A stretch of 64,000 bases of DNA from Dromiciops gliroides (GCF_019393635.1 NC_057863.1:490584948-490648947); one strand, 5' to 3'; numbered from the stretch's first letter, positions 34,862-48,235 are shown. Notes: generated by a model from the sequence alone, not told the origin. Translations and numbers: made by a program.

Positions 34862-37800
34862 CTCCCATGATAATTGTGATAAAAGTGTTTTTTGGTTTTT
34901 TTCACTCCCATGATAATTGTAATATGCCTTAGAATACTGCAGAATCTCTTAAATGAGAATAATAATCATTCAAAAGAGTTAAGTCTAATTATCTAGAATA
35001 GAAAAACCTAGTGGATGAAGGATGCCTATTGTTCAGATTGTAATATAAAGTTGCATGTCCAGCAGTTAGAGCTGGTCTGTCAGTACATATATCTCAGACA
35101 GACACAACAATGAATAATGAATGAGTGTCCACCAAGAGTTAAAAAGAAAGTTGCATTTGAGAAATTGTGCAGCACTTTCAACAAACCAAAGCTTTTCCCT
35201 GAAACAAGTAAAAAGCATTATTTTCCTTCAAGTATTCTTCCAGTGATGTTTTATGGCTCCAGATTATGGACTACCACAATCTGTGGAGAAGCAAAATTAT
35301 GATCACCCAAAAGGCAAAGGAGAGGTGGACATCAAAAGGCTGCAATTTATTACCACCAATGAACTGTAGGCCAAAAGGAATACCAAAGATATAAAAAAAT
35401 GAGATGTCTGGCTGGAAAAGGAGGTGATGTAGTCGTGTTACAAAAGAGAAGGACAATCCACGTGCTGTACTGGTATATACATAAAGTCAAGAAACCCAGA
35501 AGAAAGCTCTGGCCTGTTGGGTGGGCTCCATGGAGAATTTATAGGAGGCCATGGACAAGAATAGCATAGAAAAGAAGGCATGTATGGATGGCTATCTGCT
35601 CTTTTGGGTGGGAATACCCCAAACGAGGAGACCACAGACCTACTGAGCTATTAATATATTTTATTTATTCTTCTTATTTAAATAAGTCACAATGTGCCCT
35701 GGGGGAAATATACCCAAATCCTTTTGAAATGAGTCTTGCTAAGGTTGATACAACATTGAGGTAAGAAATGACGTGATGTATGCCCTAATCAAATAAGTTT
35801 CAGAAGCTTTTGAGATTCTAAAATTGGAATTGTGCCCTACGCTTTTTTTAGCTGTTAATACCCCAAATGCATTTATCAGGGCACTATTTTCTTTCCTTCT
35901 CTCTTTTTCCCCCCTTTCTCCTTAACTAGACATTATATGAAACACTAAAGTATAGATAAATTATTTTTTATTAGGTACAAGTGTGTTTGTCTTTTGTTCA
36001 TTGGGAAAGTATTACCCAAAGGGTAGTGGAAAATACAAGCATATACTAATGCTCTACATAATCATACATATTTAACCCATATCTGATGGTCTGCTGTCTC
36101 AGGAGGGGGGGGAGGGAAAGAGGGATAAAAATTTGACTCAAAACTATAAATAAAAATGTTTATTCCAAAAAAAGAAAAAGAAAAATACTAGCAGCAACAC
36201 CTTACCAACAACGAATTACCTGTGAGAAACAGAAATAAAGGTTCTTAGAAATAGAAACAAAAAATAAAGAGAGGAAGCTGTATAGACAGACAAAGGGCCC
36301 AGGGCAGAGATTTCAGCAGAATCTAAATGACTGAATAACAACTGCTACTATTTCTAAATAAAGAAAAGAATATCTTGAAGGACTGTGGAATTGGGGGAGG
36401 ATAACAAGATTTTTCCAAGTACATAATTGAATGAATCTTTTGAAGGGCTCTAATTAGCCTGAAAATGAGCAACCATTTTATGACAGTTATAATAGGCATT
36501 ATTACGTAGTAGTTAGAGAGCTGGCCTCAAGAAGACCTAGGTTCAAATCCTGCCCCTGACACCTGCTGGCTGTGTGACCCCAGGGAAGTCAAAGAACCTC
36601 AAACGGCTCTGGGTGTATCTCTAATATTCAAAGTTGAGAGAAGGTGCTGACCTACATTGGCAGGGGGAGTTCTCCCTACTGATGAAATCACAGGGACATC
36701 TCTAACCCTAACCATTATAAACATGCCTGTAAATAATCTAGAATATTCAAGATATTGCTGTCTTCTCTAAGCAATTTTCTATTCTGTCCATTTGACACAA
36801 TTCTCCTGTCTGCTAATGAGCTGTGGTTATTGATGATAACCTCGTGCTAGCTTTCCTAATTGTTCAGGGGCTGTCAAAGATTGCACTACTGTGTGAAATG
36901 AATGGGGACAGAGACAGGAAGTTCCAGCACAACTGTTGAATTTGTGGTAAATTCTAATAAACATAAAGCATCTGAATTTCATAATAATAATAATTATTAG
37001 TGATACAATTCCTTTATATCAAACCGGTAGTCAGCAAAGTCCCATGAAGCTGATATGGTGATTTGTTGGCATAAATATGTCCAGGAAATGGACTCTATCT
37101 AACAGCTGATGATCACAAACAAAGCAATACAGATACCTTAACTTCTCCTGCCTGCAGAAGATTTGAAGCCACAAGAAAAGAAAATTCAGGATGTTCCTGG
37201 AAGCACTGCAGTTCCACCACCACTACTTCTTTCTCTCCCTCTGATGTCATCTAGAAAAGACACATTATTCTAAATGATGTCACTTTGTCTGTTATATGTA
37301 TATATACATATTTATACATGTATATATATTATGATATAGGTACACATATAAATGAGGAGGTTTTCTTTCAGTTTTTGAAAGAATGTTATTTGATGTAGAA
37401 TTTGGCTCTGCCGTAGATGTCTGTGTAGGGATTTTGTACTCCTGGAACCCTGGAAATAGTTTTCAGATGCAGATAAGCGGAAATAGAACGGGAAGGGAGG
37501 GGAGATCTAGCAATTCCAAGGAGAGGAGTGAGGAATGGTGCTGGCCTGAAGTCAGCCCCACCTCTTCTTAAACACCATTTTTGATATATTCTGGTAGTGA
37601 GCCTTAGGGGAACTCATTGGATTTTTTATTGCCTCAAACAACTCTTGAAGACTAGAGTTACAGAGAAAGTGCCAACAGGCATGGATAGAGTAAATTCCTG
37701 CCTGGGAGCTTCTTCCATTGATGAAATTACATTTCTAGCTTAAGAAAACAACCACTAAGTGAGATAGAGGTCCCAGTGAGGATCTGAACCTTCCCTAATA

Positions 37801-38748
37801 TAGCAGTGTTCTGATGCCTGTCTTCATTTGAGGAATCCTGATTTTGAAAAACAAAACTGTTTTCCTAAATGTAGCTGCTGCCAAAATTTAATATGGCTTT
37901 ATGAAATCTATCTTTTAAGCGGGGAATATTGAAGCTTTTAAAATGAGTAGGAAGAATCAATGAACAAAATATTTTAAAACTATTAATTTCACATACTGGA
38001 TATTAATAAATTCTTACTTTTTCCAGGACACTATACTTTGCAACTTCAAAATCCTGAGGAACATGAGGGATATTGTCATCTTGTGTACAAAATCTGAAAT
38101 TTAAACAATAATTTCTTAAAGTGTGGTTTTGAGCAGAATTTTACATTGCCATAAAGATTTTCACTATCTCATAAATACACTGACCTACATCCACATTTAA
38201 ATGGAAAGAAACTTTAGAAATCAACCAGACCAACTCCCATCTTTTTTAAGTGACATCATGTCTCTGTCTATTGCCCATTTATGCATTATCATAATGGTTG
38301 AGACTGCCAAATAATCCATATTCCTGTCCCACATATATTAAAGCATCATGAATATTTGTATTAGAAATAATAGGACAGAGATAAGTTTTTCCTGAGAGAA
38401 ATTTATATGATGAAGTGTCATACAATGTAAAGTAGAACGAGAATTTGTAGAATGAGCCTGAGAAATTGGTTTTGGGGAAACAAAGTCTAGTTTGTAGACC
38501 TTATTATAGATATAAAGTCCCTCCTTTGACACCACTGGTTTTGTGACCCTGGGCAGGTCACTTAAATTTCTCACTGCTCTAAGCAACTCTAAGGCTCTAT
38601 GTTATAGAGAGCATGGTACCCTGCTTTAGTAGGAGTTTCTTCAGCTGGGAGGTTCTTGTACCAATGAAATCATAGGTCCTGTTTATCACTTCATTAGATT
38701 CTTCCTCCTCCTCCCCATCTTCCTCCTCCTTCTACTACTGCTAAAATA

Positions 38749-38897
38749 AGTCTTTTTTTTTTTAAGTGAGGCAATTGGGGTTAAGTGACTTGCCCAAGGT
38801 CACACAGCTAGTGTTAAGTGTTTAAGGCCACATTTGAACTCACGTACTCCTGACTCCAGGGCCGGTGATCTATCCATTGCGCCACCTAGCTGCCCCT
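38749..38897 (-). mobile_element. tRNA-derived SINE with a target-site duplication.
   Basis: The sequence is tttttttttttttaagtgaggcaattggggttaagtgacttgcccaaggtcacacagctagtgttaagtgtttaaggccacatttgaactcacgtactcctgactccagggccggtgatctatccattgcgccacctagctgcccc. It is flanked by taaaataagtc on both sides. Confidence 0.9.
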
Positions 38898-40194
38898 AAA
38901 ATAAGTCATCTTGATACACAATTTATGTAAAAGACTTTAAAGTGAGCTTTGAGAAAACAAACTTCCCATTAATCCTCACGAAATCCTTTGGCAAGAGGAT
39001 GTCAGTATTTACTTTTGTGGAACCTAATGTAGAATACACAAATGCCTTGATTGAGGTAATTCAGTGGTGGCAAAGAGAGTAGCAAGGCTAGGATTAGAAT
39101 CCAGATCTATGGACTGCTATTTTAGAACTCTTTCTACCTAGGCTCATATAATACTAGGAAATAAAGTAAATCATTATTACTTCAAGTAAAACACTAAATA
39201 AAACAGAGAGCTAAATAAGCATTTGCATGTAAAGCAAAATCTCTTTGACATAGACCCAGACCACCTAAAAGGAGGCACTGGGAGATGCCAGGGCTTTGCT
39301 TCTGTGAGACAGACCTTGCTCACACAGGGACATTTAGCACTGGCCTACCACATACTCGGGGGCGGGGGGGGGGGGGCGAAATTCCTTTTGCATTGGTTGG
39401 TAGCCAAAACTGGTTGCTTTTAACAGTACCTCACTGATAATCTCTCTTTCCAATGATGTTCAGGTGTAAGGGATTCATTCACCAGAGCAGGGCCACCATG
39501 CAGCAGGCTGAGGAAAGAAAGACCTTCTTCTCTCTTTAAACTTGGTGGTCCCAACAAGCAAAGCCTTTTTGGTTTTGTTTTATTTGTTCTTTTCAATTCT
39601 AGGTACAGGGAGTAGATTCTTGAACCTAGAAGCTCAAGCCATGAGGACCTTGGATTCCAGGCCTAGCAGGGAAGACCTGAGAAGACAGGGTCCTGGACAC
39701 AAGCTAGGGGACAACCTTAGATTTGGATGGGAGTGTTCCAAACCTCTGTTACATACTCTAATAGTGCAAGTATTCTACTATTGGACTAATATCCTCTTAA
39801 GTATATAAAAATTGCAGAAGGTTTTTCAGACTCTAGAGAAATAGTCATGATCATTAGAAATGAGAAATTACTTATTGTGCTCCACAATCTCTTCATTCTT
39901 CTCTGCTGTATTATGCAAGTCATCTTTGTCCACTCCTAGAACAGAAGAGATGTATTTACTATTCCAGATAATTCAATTATAACTAGCTTAATAAGATATC
40001 TATAGACAAATAAATAAGGGCTCACAAAATCTGGATCATCAAGACACACAGTCCCGTGCTAGAAAGCCTAGAAGACAGTATCTTATCATTGGATTTAAAC
40101 AGTACAAAGACATAAATGTACCTAAATTTTCTCTGTAGCACCTGAAACATATTCAGTGACTTCTATAAAAATGAGTATTCATAACGATACTTAC

Positions 40195-40402
40195 TGGAAC
40201 TGCTTGTTCTTTCCAAAGAAGGTGAGTGACGAGTGACTCCTGAAGATTCACTGCATCTATAATTCTCAATACTTAAGAGCATTCCTTGTTTGAGGCAGTC
40301 CCATAAAAAATCTATGTTTGCGATGGAGATATGAAACTTCTGGACAGTACTCAGTTCACCAGAGCTCAGAATAGCATCATGATCTAAGATGACATGTGTG
40401 CA
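40195..40402 (-). CDS. PARP4: PARP4 exon in the BRCT domain. Encodes CTHVILDHDAILSSGELSTVQKFHISIANIDFLWDCLKQGMLLSIENYRCSESSGVTRHSPSLERTSSS.
   Basis: The translation matches human CTHIILDNADVLSQYQLNSIQKNHVHIANPDFIWKSIREKRLLDVKNYDPYKP...ASSSEV. The acceptor is ttttttag|TGC and the donor is GTTCCA|gtaagt. The exon is 208 nt. Confidence 0.8.
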
Positions 40403-40849
40403 CTAAAAAAATGTAGAGGAGAATCCATCTTTTATGTATCCTATTATGAACCTGCATTTGTTAACAATTTCCCCCTTTAAAAGCCATGTCTGAAAGTTAC
40501 TTTGCAATGGATTTCTTAGATTTAAAAAACAGCCCTTGGAAAATCAAATAATTTTAGGGTGCACAAAAGTTACCTAAAAGAAAATACTATTACATGGTTT
40601 AGTGATTCCACCATTATTGGAAAGCTTAGCTCACAAGATAAACCATGTCTGACTGAGTGAATTAACTTCTTAGTTCTAGAAAGCAGGAGTAGGTGAGTAG
40701 GGTGGTAGTTAGGGAAGGGCTCACAATTCTGTCTCAGATGCAAATAAATAGGAATATTGTATTTGTAGAGCTTTAGTGTCGAAAAAGAATTTTAGATGTC
40801 ATCAGATCCAAAAGGAAAGAAGCTACTTGAAGTCTTAGAACCCTTCTAT

Positions 40850-41960
40850 CAATTAATTAGTCAATAAGCATTTATTAAGCACCTACTCCATTCCTGGCAC
40901 TGTGCTGGGCATGGGGGAAAATATAACTAATGAGCAAGTCCTACTTTCAAGGCACTTAATTGCAAAGGGGAAAATAAAAAATACATAAATAAGCATAAGC
41001 AGAATAAATATAAATAAATACAAAGTAGTTAAATACAAGGTAGTTTAGAATGGAAGGCATCAGCAAGTCATAGGGCATCCTGAAGGGTTTCATGTAGAAG
41101 ATGATGTTTAAGCTGCATTTTGAAGGAAGGGGCTCTGAGGTGAAGATGAGCCAGGAGTTCATTGTAGGCACAGAGGTGGGGGGAGCCAGTACAGAGGCAC
41201 TGAGGCAAGAGATGTATTGTTAAGTGTGTGAAAAAAGAAAAAGGTCAGTTTGGTAACTATAGACTAAAGGAAGGTAAAGGCCAATGAAGGTGGAAAGGTT
41301 GTTGGGGCTAGCTTGTGACGGGCTTTAAAGTAAACAGAGAACTTTGTACTTGATACTAGAGGCAACAGGAAGCCACTGAAGCCAACTGAGCAGAAGAATG
41401 GTGTGGTCAGATCTGCACCTAAGGAAAATTACATTAGTAGCAGGAGAACTTGAGGCAGGTAGGGAGACCAATTAGGAAGTGATGAGGGCTTCAACTGACC
41501 TAAGGTGGGAATGTCTGAGTAGAAAGAGGGGTCTAATGCTAGAGATGTTGTGGATGCAGAAGTGACAAGATGTGTTAACTGAGTGGATGTGTGTGCTTGT
41601 AGTTTTTTTTTCTTTTTTGAGACAACTGGGGTTAAGTGACTTGCCCAGGGTCACACAGCTAGTAAATTCCAAGTGTCTGAGTTCGGATTTGAACTCAGGT
41701 CCTCCTGAATCCAGGGCCAGTACTTCATCCACTGAGCCACCTAGCAGCCCCAACTGAGTGGACATGTAAGAAATCCAGGAGCTGAGGATAAGACCTGGGA
41801 CATGGGTAGGATAGTGTTGCCTTTGACAGAAATAGGAAAATTTGAAAGAGGGAAGCATTTGAGGCAAAGAAAATGAGTTCATTTTTCCAACTGAAATGTC
41901 CAATTAGGCAACTGATGATTTGGGACTGAAATTTAGGGGAGATACTGGGGCTAAACATAC
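40850..41960. mobile_element. Ancient ~1.3-kb interspersed repeat (unnamed family) with a nested SINE.
   Basis: The motif …gcatttattaagcacctactccattcctggcactgtgctgggcatggggg…ttcatgtagaagatgatgtttaagctgcattttgaaggaagg… is shared with copies at 43130-43500, 45860-46440, 49600-50560 and 63700-64000. Confidence 0.6.
41597..41757 (-). mobile_element. tRNA-derived SINE nested inside an older ~1.3-kb interspersed repeat.
   Basis: The sequence is tttttttttcttttttgagacaactggggttaagtgacttgcccagggtcacacagctagtaaattccaagtgtctgagttcggatttgaactcaggtcctcctgaatccagggccagtacttcatccactgagccacctagcagcccc. Confidence 0.85.
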
Positions 41961-42249
41961 AGGTCTGTAAGTCACTTGCCTGGTGATTTTAGTTAAACCC
42001 ATGGGAGCTGATGAGATTACTGAAAAAAGAGGGCCTACAATAGAACTTTGGGTGACACCCCATGATTAGGGAACGTAATATGGACAATAAGCCAGCCAGC
42101 AAAGAATACAGAGTAATTAATAATAATAATAATAATAAATAACATTAATATAGTGTTTACTATATGCCAGGCACTATGCTATGCATTTTATAATTATCTT
42201 ATTTGATCTCATAACAGCCCTGGGAGATAGGTACTAATATTATCTTCAA

Positions 42250-42380
42250 GAACTGAGGCAAACAGAGATTAACTGATTTACCTAGGGTCACACAGTTAGT
42301 AAGTGTCTGAGGTCATATCTGAATTTGGGTCTTCCTGACTCCAGGTCAAGCACTTTATCCACTGTGCCACCCAGCTGCCT
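42250..42380 (-). mobile_element. An older, more diverged copy of the SINE family, with a MIR/MAR-like head.
   Basis: The sequence is gaactgaggcaaacagagattaactgatttacctagggtcacacagttagtaagtgtctgaggtcatatctgaatttgggtcttcctgactccaggtcaagcactttatccactgtgccacccagctgcc. Confidence 0.7.
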
Positions 42381-43717
42381 AAGAATAGTTATCCTTTTGA
42401 ACACCACTGCTGGTGAGGAACTATTTCTTGAGGCATCCAATTCCATTTTTGGACAGCTCTGATTGCTAAGTAATTTCTCTTTATATTGAACTGAAACCTG
42501 CCACACTGTAACAATGCCATTTCTGATTACATTAATAGTCATCTTAACCTATATTACATGAAATATTACATTCATATTTTTCTCAAAGACTATTCTCATA
42601 CAAAATTCCTTAATGCTATTGAGGGAGCTGATGAATTCTTCCTTGTCCTCCAGACTCTTAGTCTTGAAGTCATTCTTGCCTACTTCTTCTCTCCTTATAG
42701 GTTCCCCGCCCACCCACCTCAAGACTCTTGAGTCTATCCCTTTCTCTCAATTTACCCTTGCTCTTACTCTACTCTAGCTTAGGCCCTCATCATCAGTGTA
42801 GTAAGAATAGGAAAAGCTCTGTTTAGAATATGGAACCTAAACTGAAGCTTAAAGGAAGCTAGCTAGTCTACAAAGCAGAGATGCTGAATAGGTGCATTCA
42901 GACTACCCTTTGATAGTTGTACTGACAACAGAACTTGGGAAGTTTGGAGGGGAAAAAGATTTTGGGAGAAAGGTAAGCATAGTGCTTAACTCATTTTTAA
43001 TATTTATATTAGTGTTTAATATATTGAATATACTAATATTTCATTTATGTATACTAAATTACATATGTAATAAAAATGATATGAGATCAGGATGACATAT
43101 TTCATTTCAATATAAAGAAGAGTCTCCTAACTAGAGCTGTCCAAAAGTAGAACTGATTGGCTTGGAAAATAGTGAGTTCCCTATCATTACAGGTCTTTAA
43201 GCACCAGGTCAGTCACTTAAGAGGCACATTAGACTTGGCAAATGATTGAATATGGGAAGTCATAGTAAAAGGAAGAGTCAAGGATGATTTTGAGATTCTG
43301 AACCTGGGTGGCTAGAAGGATGTTAGTGTCCTCAACAAAAATGGGGAAGTTTGGAGGAAGATGATTTAGTGGGAAAGATTGTTCTGTTTGGGACATTATG
43401 AGTTTGGTGTGTCAAGGTGAAAAGATACAGCAGGCAGTTAGCGATCTAGGACTAGACATCAGGAATGATATTAGGGATGCATTAAAAAAAATTGGTTGGT
43501 GTTTAATAAATGTTTATTAACTGACTGGTAGATATATTTTTTCCTAGATTATTCTAGCTTTCTTCTTGATTTTATTCCCTTACTTTATACTATTCCTCTC
43601 CAGAAAAGAATTGAATTTTCAGTTTATCTCCCTAACCAAATGATATTATTTCTTAATTCCTTGTGGTAGCTTTTCAAAGTTTTAAGGATCTTAAGATTGT
43701 CTAAAGTTTAATAATAC

Positions 43718-43850
43718 CTTACAGTTTAGTATAGAGGAAACAGTTCCATTGTTTTTCTTAATGTTAGCTCTTAGGAGTTTCTTCTGCATGTACTGTAAAC
43801 TGTCATCTTTCAAATAGAATCTGTAATTTGTAAATATTCCCATGGTTATC
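43718..43850 (-). CDS. PARP4: First coding exon of PARP4. It has 7 nt of 5'UTR, then an ATG at 43843 on the minus strand. Encodes MGIFTNYRFYLKDDSLQYMQKKLLRANIKKNNGTVSSILNCK.
   Basis: The translation aligns to the human PARP4 N-terminus MVMGIFANCIFCLKVKYLPQQQKKKLQTDIKENGGKFSFSLNPQ, and the ATG corresponds to human Met3. The Kozak context is gataaccATGG. An upstream acceptor ttttaaacag|GATAACC implies a non-coding exon 1 further 5'. The donor is TGTAAG|gtatta in phase 0, matching the next exon (CTH...). Confidence 0.75.
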
Positions 43851-44242
43851 CTGTTTAAAAAAATGCAGAAAAATGAAGTGAGCAGAACTGGAAGAAGACT
43901 GTAAACCATAACAGCAAAACTGTAACAATGATTACCTGGAAAAGACTTACCTATTCTGATCAATGATCCAAGAAAATTCCAAAGAACCCATGATGAAAAA
44001 AGCTGTCCATCTCCAGAGAGAAATGAATTCTCAATGTAGATTGAGGCATATTTTTTCCCTTTATTTTTTCTTTCATTTATTTGTCTATTTATGTTTTGCA
44101 AGGTGGCTGATAAAGAAATGTTTTGTATGACTTCACATGTATAATGGGTAGCCTACTGCTTGATTCTCTATGAGTGGGGGAGGGGCTGGAGGGAAGGAGA
44201 GAATTTGGACTTCAGATTTTTAAAACTGAATGTTAAAAATAG

Positions 44243-44395
44243 GGGGCAGATAGGTGGTGCAGTGGATAAAGCACTGGCCCTGGATTCAGGAGGACCTGAG
44301 TTCAAATCCGGTCTCAGACACTTGACACTTACTAGCTGTGTGACCCTGGGCAAGTCACTTAACCCTCATTTCCCCGCCAAAAAAAAATCAATTTA
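44243..44395 (+). mobile_element. tRNA-derived SINE upstream of the first PARP4 coding exon.
   Basis: The sequence is gggggcagataggtggtgcagtggataaagcactggccctggattcaggaggacctgagttcaaatccggtctcagacacttgacacttactagctgtgtgaccctgggcaagtcacttaaccctcatttccccgccaaaaaaaaa. Confidence 0.9.
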
Positions 44396-46460
44396 TGAAT
44401 AAAAATAAATAATGAAGATGTATTTTCTATACTGATATACATAATTATTTAATTTTAATTTAAAAATAGAGGCAAGTGCTAGTTTAACAACATTTAAGAA
44501 TGTTTTTGTAAAGTGAATTATTCTTTGCTTTAGGAACATAAAATGAGTTTGTTCAGAGAGATAATCTCTTTATAGTTTTACTTTGTTCTGGATAAATATA
44601 ATTATTACTAAATTTGGGTGGAGCTATATGCATAAAACATATCCACACTAAGTCTGACATCCATTTCACCACCACAAAAATAGCTACTTTTACAATTATA
44701 AGCTAAAATGTGTTGGTTGTGGTATGATGCAACAATAAAAGTTATTCAGTCCAACCTGCTCATTCTATAGAAAGCCAAGGCCCAGAGAGGAGAAGGGACC
44801 TGTCCAAAGTCCTGGCAGAGGGTTAGGATCTGCCCCCAGGTCATTGGACTCCATGGGGTCTACTCATCACACTTTATCTTCTGGCAACCTTTGACATCTG
44901 GGCTGAATATACTATTAAATACAAACTAATACATGAGTCTCTAATAAGATCATAATGAGGACATGTAACAGATTTAAGCTGAAGGTCAGTGATGATTCAC
45001 AATTGTTTATATATTTTTATTTTTCAATGATAAAAAATCATATTTGTGTGGAAATAGAGGACTTTTACAGGGAAGAAACCTGGGTCTTTCCACTAAACTC
45101 TGTAAATTCAGATACTCATCTCTTTTTAGTTAAGAAAAACTTTAAAAAAGTGATCTGAGAGAAATAATTTTTAGTGGCAATAAGTCACTAAAATTCAAAC
45201 ACGAAAGGAGTTATTTGATGAGAAATTATCAAGATGTTTGTGAAAACTTAAACTTACTTTAATGCATCAGAGTACTTTATATATGAATTGTTTCTTAGAA
45301 AATTAAATAATTTTAATGACAATTAAATACATATGCATTTAACAATAAATCAGAGGATACTGATCTAATTCAAGTTTAATCTTTCCCAGTTAGTGGCTTA
45401 CCTCAGAAGTTTTCAAAGTGTGGGACATAAGATCAAAATAATGCTAATATCTTTTAAAATTTCTAAATAATAAATATTGATAAAAATGACCTCTGTAAGC
45501 AAGTTTTTAGAGTTTTTATTAATTTTTAAGAGTGTAGAGGAGTCCAGAGACCAAAAATTTGAGAACTGCTGGCTTACATTTTCTTCTTCCTGTCATAGTT
45601 ATAATTTGGTTAGTCTAAAATAATTTAGTAGGGATGGTTGATTTCAACTTTTATTCTTTTATATTTACATATATTTTAAAGTACTGGATTGAAGATACTA
45701 TAAAATATTTATGATTAGATTTAAGGAATAAATACCAGGATGATGTAGAAGCAATAGATATTAGCACCCATAGTTAGTTCTTGGCATTCTAGCCTTATGC
45801 ACATAGGACTATTTTCATTTGTAAAATGATGTTTTTCAATCAATCTAAAAGCACTTATTAGGCATTTATTCTGAGGCAGGCACTATACTAAGTGCTAGGG
45901 TTAAAAAAAAGGTAAAAACAATTCCTACCTTCAAGGAGCTCGCATTCTATGAAGCAGACAACATGTAAATATCTAGGTACATGAAAGATATATACAGAAA
46001 AGATGGGAGGTAAGCTAAGCAGGAAGGTTTTGGTGGGGAGGATATGGGGTAAGACTAGAAAAGTCTCCTATAGACGGTGAGATTTGAGCTGACACGCTGG
46101 AAGCTAAGAGGTGAAGTTGAGGAGAGAGAAAGTATTACAGGCATGGGGTACAGTCAGTGAAAAATCACACTAAAACATGGAGTTTGTGTGAGGATGAACA
46201 AGTAGTCAAAAGCAGTTGACTCAGAGTGAGTGGAGACAGTAAAGTGTAAGAAAATTTAAAAGGTAGGAATGGGACAGATTATGAAGGGCTTAAATGTCAA
46301 ACAAATGTTTGATCCTAGAGTTAATAAACCCTAGTGACTTTACTGAGCAGGGGGTCACATAGTGAGACCTGTGCTTTAGGAATCTCATCTTGGTAGCTGA
46401 GAGGAAGATGGGTTAGAGTAGGGTAAGATAGTAATAAGGAGACAAATTAAAATACTATTG

Positions 46461-46587
46461 TAAGGGCAGCTAGGTGGTGAAGTGGATAGAGCACTGACTC
46501 TGGAGTCAGAAGAACCTGAGTTCAAGTTCAGCCTCATATACTGACCCTGGGTAAGTTACTTACCCCCAGTTGCTTCCAGTTTTAAAA
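46461..46587 (+). mobile_element. tRNA-derived SINE, a diverged copy.
   Basis: The sequence is gggcagctaggtggtgaagtggatagagcactgactctggagtcagaagaacctgagttcaagttcagcctcatatactgaccctgggtaagttacttaccccc. Confidence 0.8.
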
Positions 46588-46599
46588 AAGTGCTATTAC

Positions 46600-47345
46600 A
46601 AAGACCCAAGCTTTGGAGGCAATAACTCACCAATTGACTAAAATTGCTAGGAAAACTGGAAAGCTATTTTGGAGAAAATAGGCATAGACTAACATCTCAT
46701 ACCATATACTAAGATAAGGTCAAAATGAATACATATTTAAGACATTAAGGGTGAAACAATAAGCAAATTAAGGGAGTGTGGAAATTTTTATCTGTCAGAT
46801 CTATGGATAAGGGGAAAATTTATGACCAAACAAGAGATAAAGGGGATCAAGGGATTATTTCCCATAAATGTATAAAATGGATAATTTTGATTACATTAAA
46901 TTAAAAAGTTTGCGCGCAAACTAAAACAACACAGCCAAGATTAGAAGAAAAGTAGAAGTGGAAAAACTGGGAAAATTTTTTTCTCCAAATTTCTCTGATA
47001 AATACCTCATTTCTCAAATATATAGGGAACTTAGTTGAACTTACAAAAATAAGAGTCATTCCCTAATTGATATGTGGTCAAAGGATAAGAACATGAATTT
47101 TTCAGAAGAAATCAAAACTATTATCAAAAGAAAGTCATATGAAAAAAAGCTCTAAATCACCATTGTTTAGAGAAATGCAAATTAAAACAACTCTGAGGTA
47201 CCCCCTTACATCTCTCAGATGGGCTAACATGATAGAAAAGGAAAATAACAAATGAAAGGTGAAAGGTTATATGGAAGAACTGGAACACCAATGCACTACT
47301 AGTGGTGTCATGACTGGTCCAGCCATTTTGGAGAATAATTTACAA
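46600..47345 (+). mobile_element. LINE-1 ORF2 fragment.
   Basis: The plus-strand translation includes …LIIREMQIKTTLRYPLTSLRWANMIEKEN…, which is a typical L1 ORF2 segment. Confidence 0.7.
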
Positions 47346-48235
47346 CTATGCCCAAAGGGCTATAAAACTGAGTCTTCTTACACTTAATTTCCTCCCCTTA
47401 ATTCCTTTGATGCCCAGTTAAAATGCCATCTTCAACAGGAAGCCTTTCCTAATCTTCTTTAATGCGAGTGCCTTCTCCCTACTTTCCTCTGTATATATCT
47501 TATTTGTACAAAGTTAATTTCATGTTATTTGCCAATGATAGTCTGTGAGTTCCTTGAGATCAAGAACTGCATTTTGTGTTCTTTGTATGCCCAGTGCTTA
47601 GCACAGTGCTTGGCACAGAGTGGGCACTTATGACTGACTAGCTTTTGAATTATAATCAGGAACACATGAGACTCAGAAGCTTCTACTAAAAACCCAATGA
47701 GAGCTTGCAATACTGTACAATTTTCCAAAGGTCAAAAAAGATAGTTTTACAACCAACCTGACATGCAAAGCTAAGTATAATCCTACAAAAGGAAAAAAAA
47801 AGTATCTTTAGTGCAATAAAGGAATTTTCAACACTTTTGATGAAGAGACCAGCACTGAGTAGGAATTGAACTACAAACACAGAAGTCCAGCTAAATTTAG
47901 GAAGGTAAATCTATCAGAACAGATGAAAGCAGCTGTATGATGATGACAGTGATGAAGTAGTGTTACCCTTTTAATATGTGAAGAAAAACAAGTGTCCTTT
48001 AACATCTTCAAAGGGCATTGAGGGGGGTAAATAAGAAAAGAGAAGTGGATTTATTATGCTTATTTGAAGAAGATAAAGGCAGGGATGGCAAAAAGGAATA
48101 CCAGTGTAGAAAGGAGGGAAAGGGGGTAGAAGGTGCTATTTTCTCACTACTGGGGTTTGTCAGAATCAGTATAGAGGGAAGGTGTGGCCATCCAGTGAAC
48201 CTCAGTCTAGTCTGAGAGGAGATAAAGGAGGCTTT

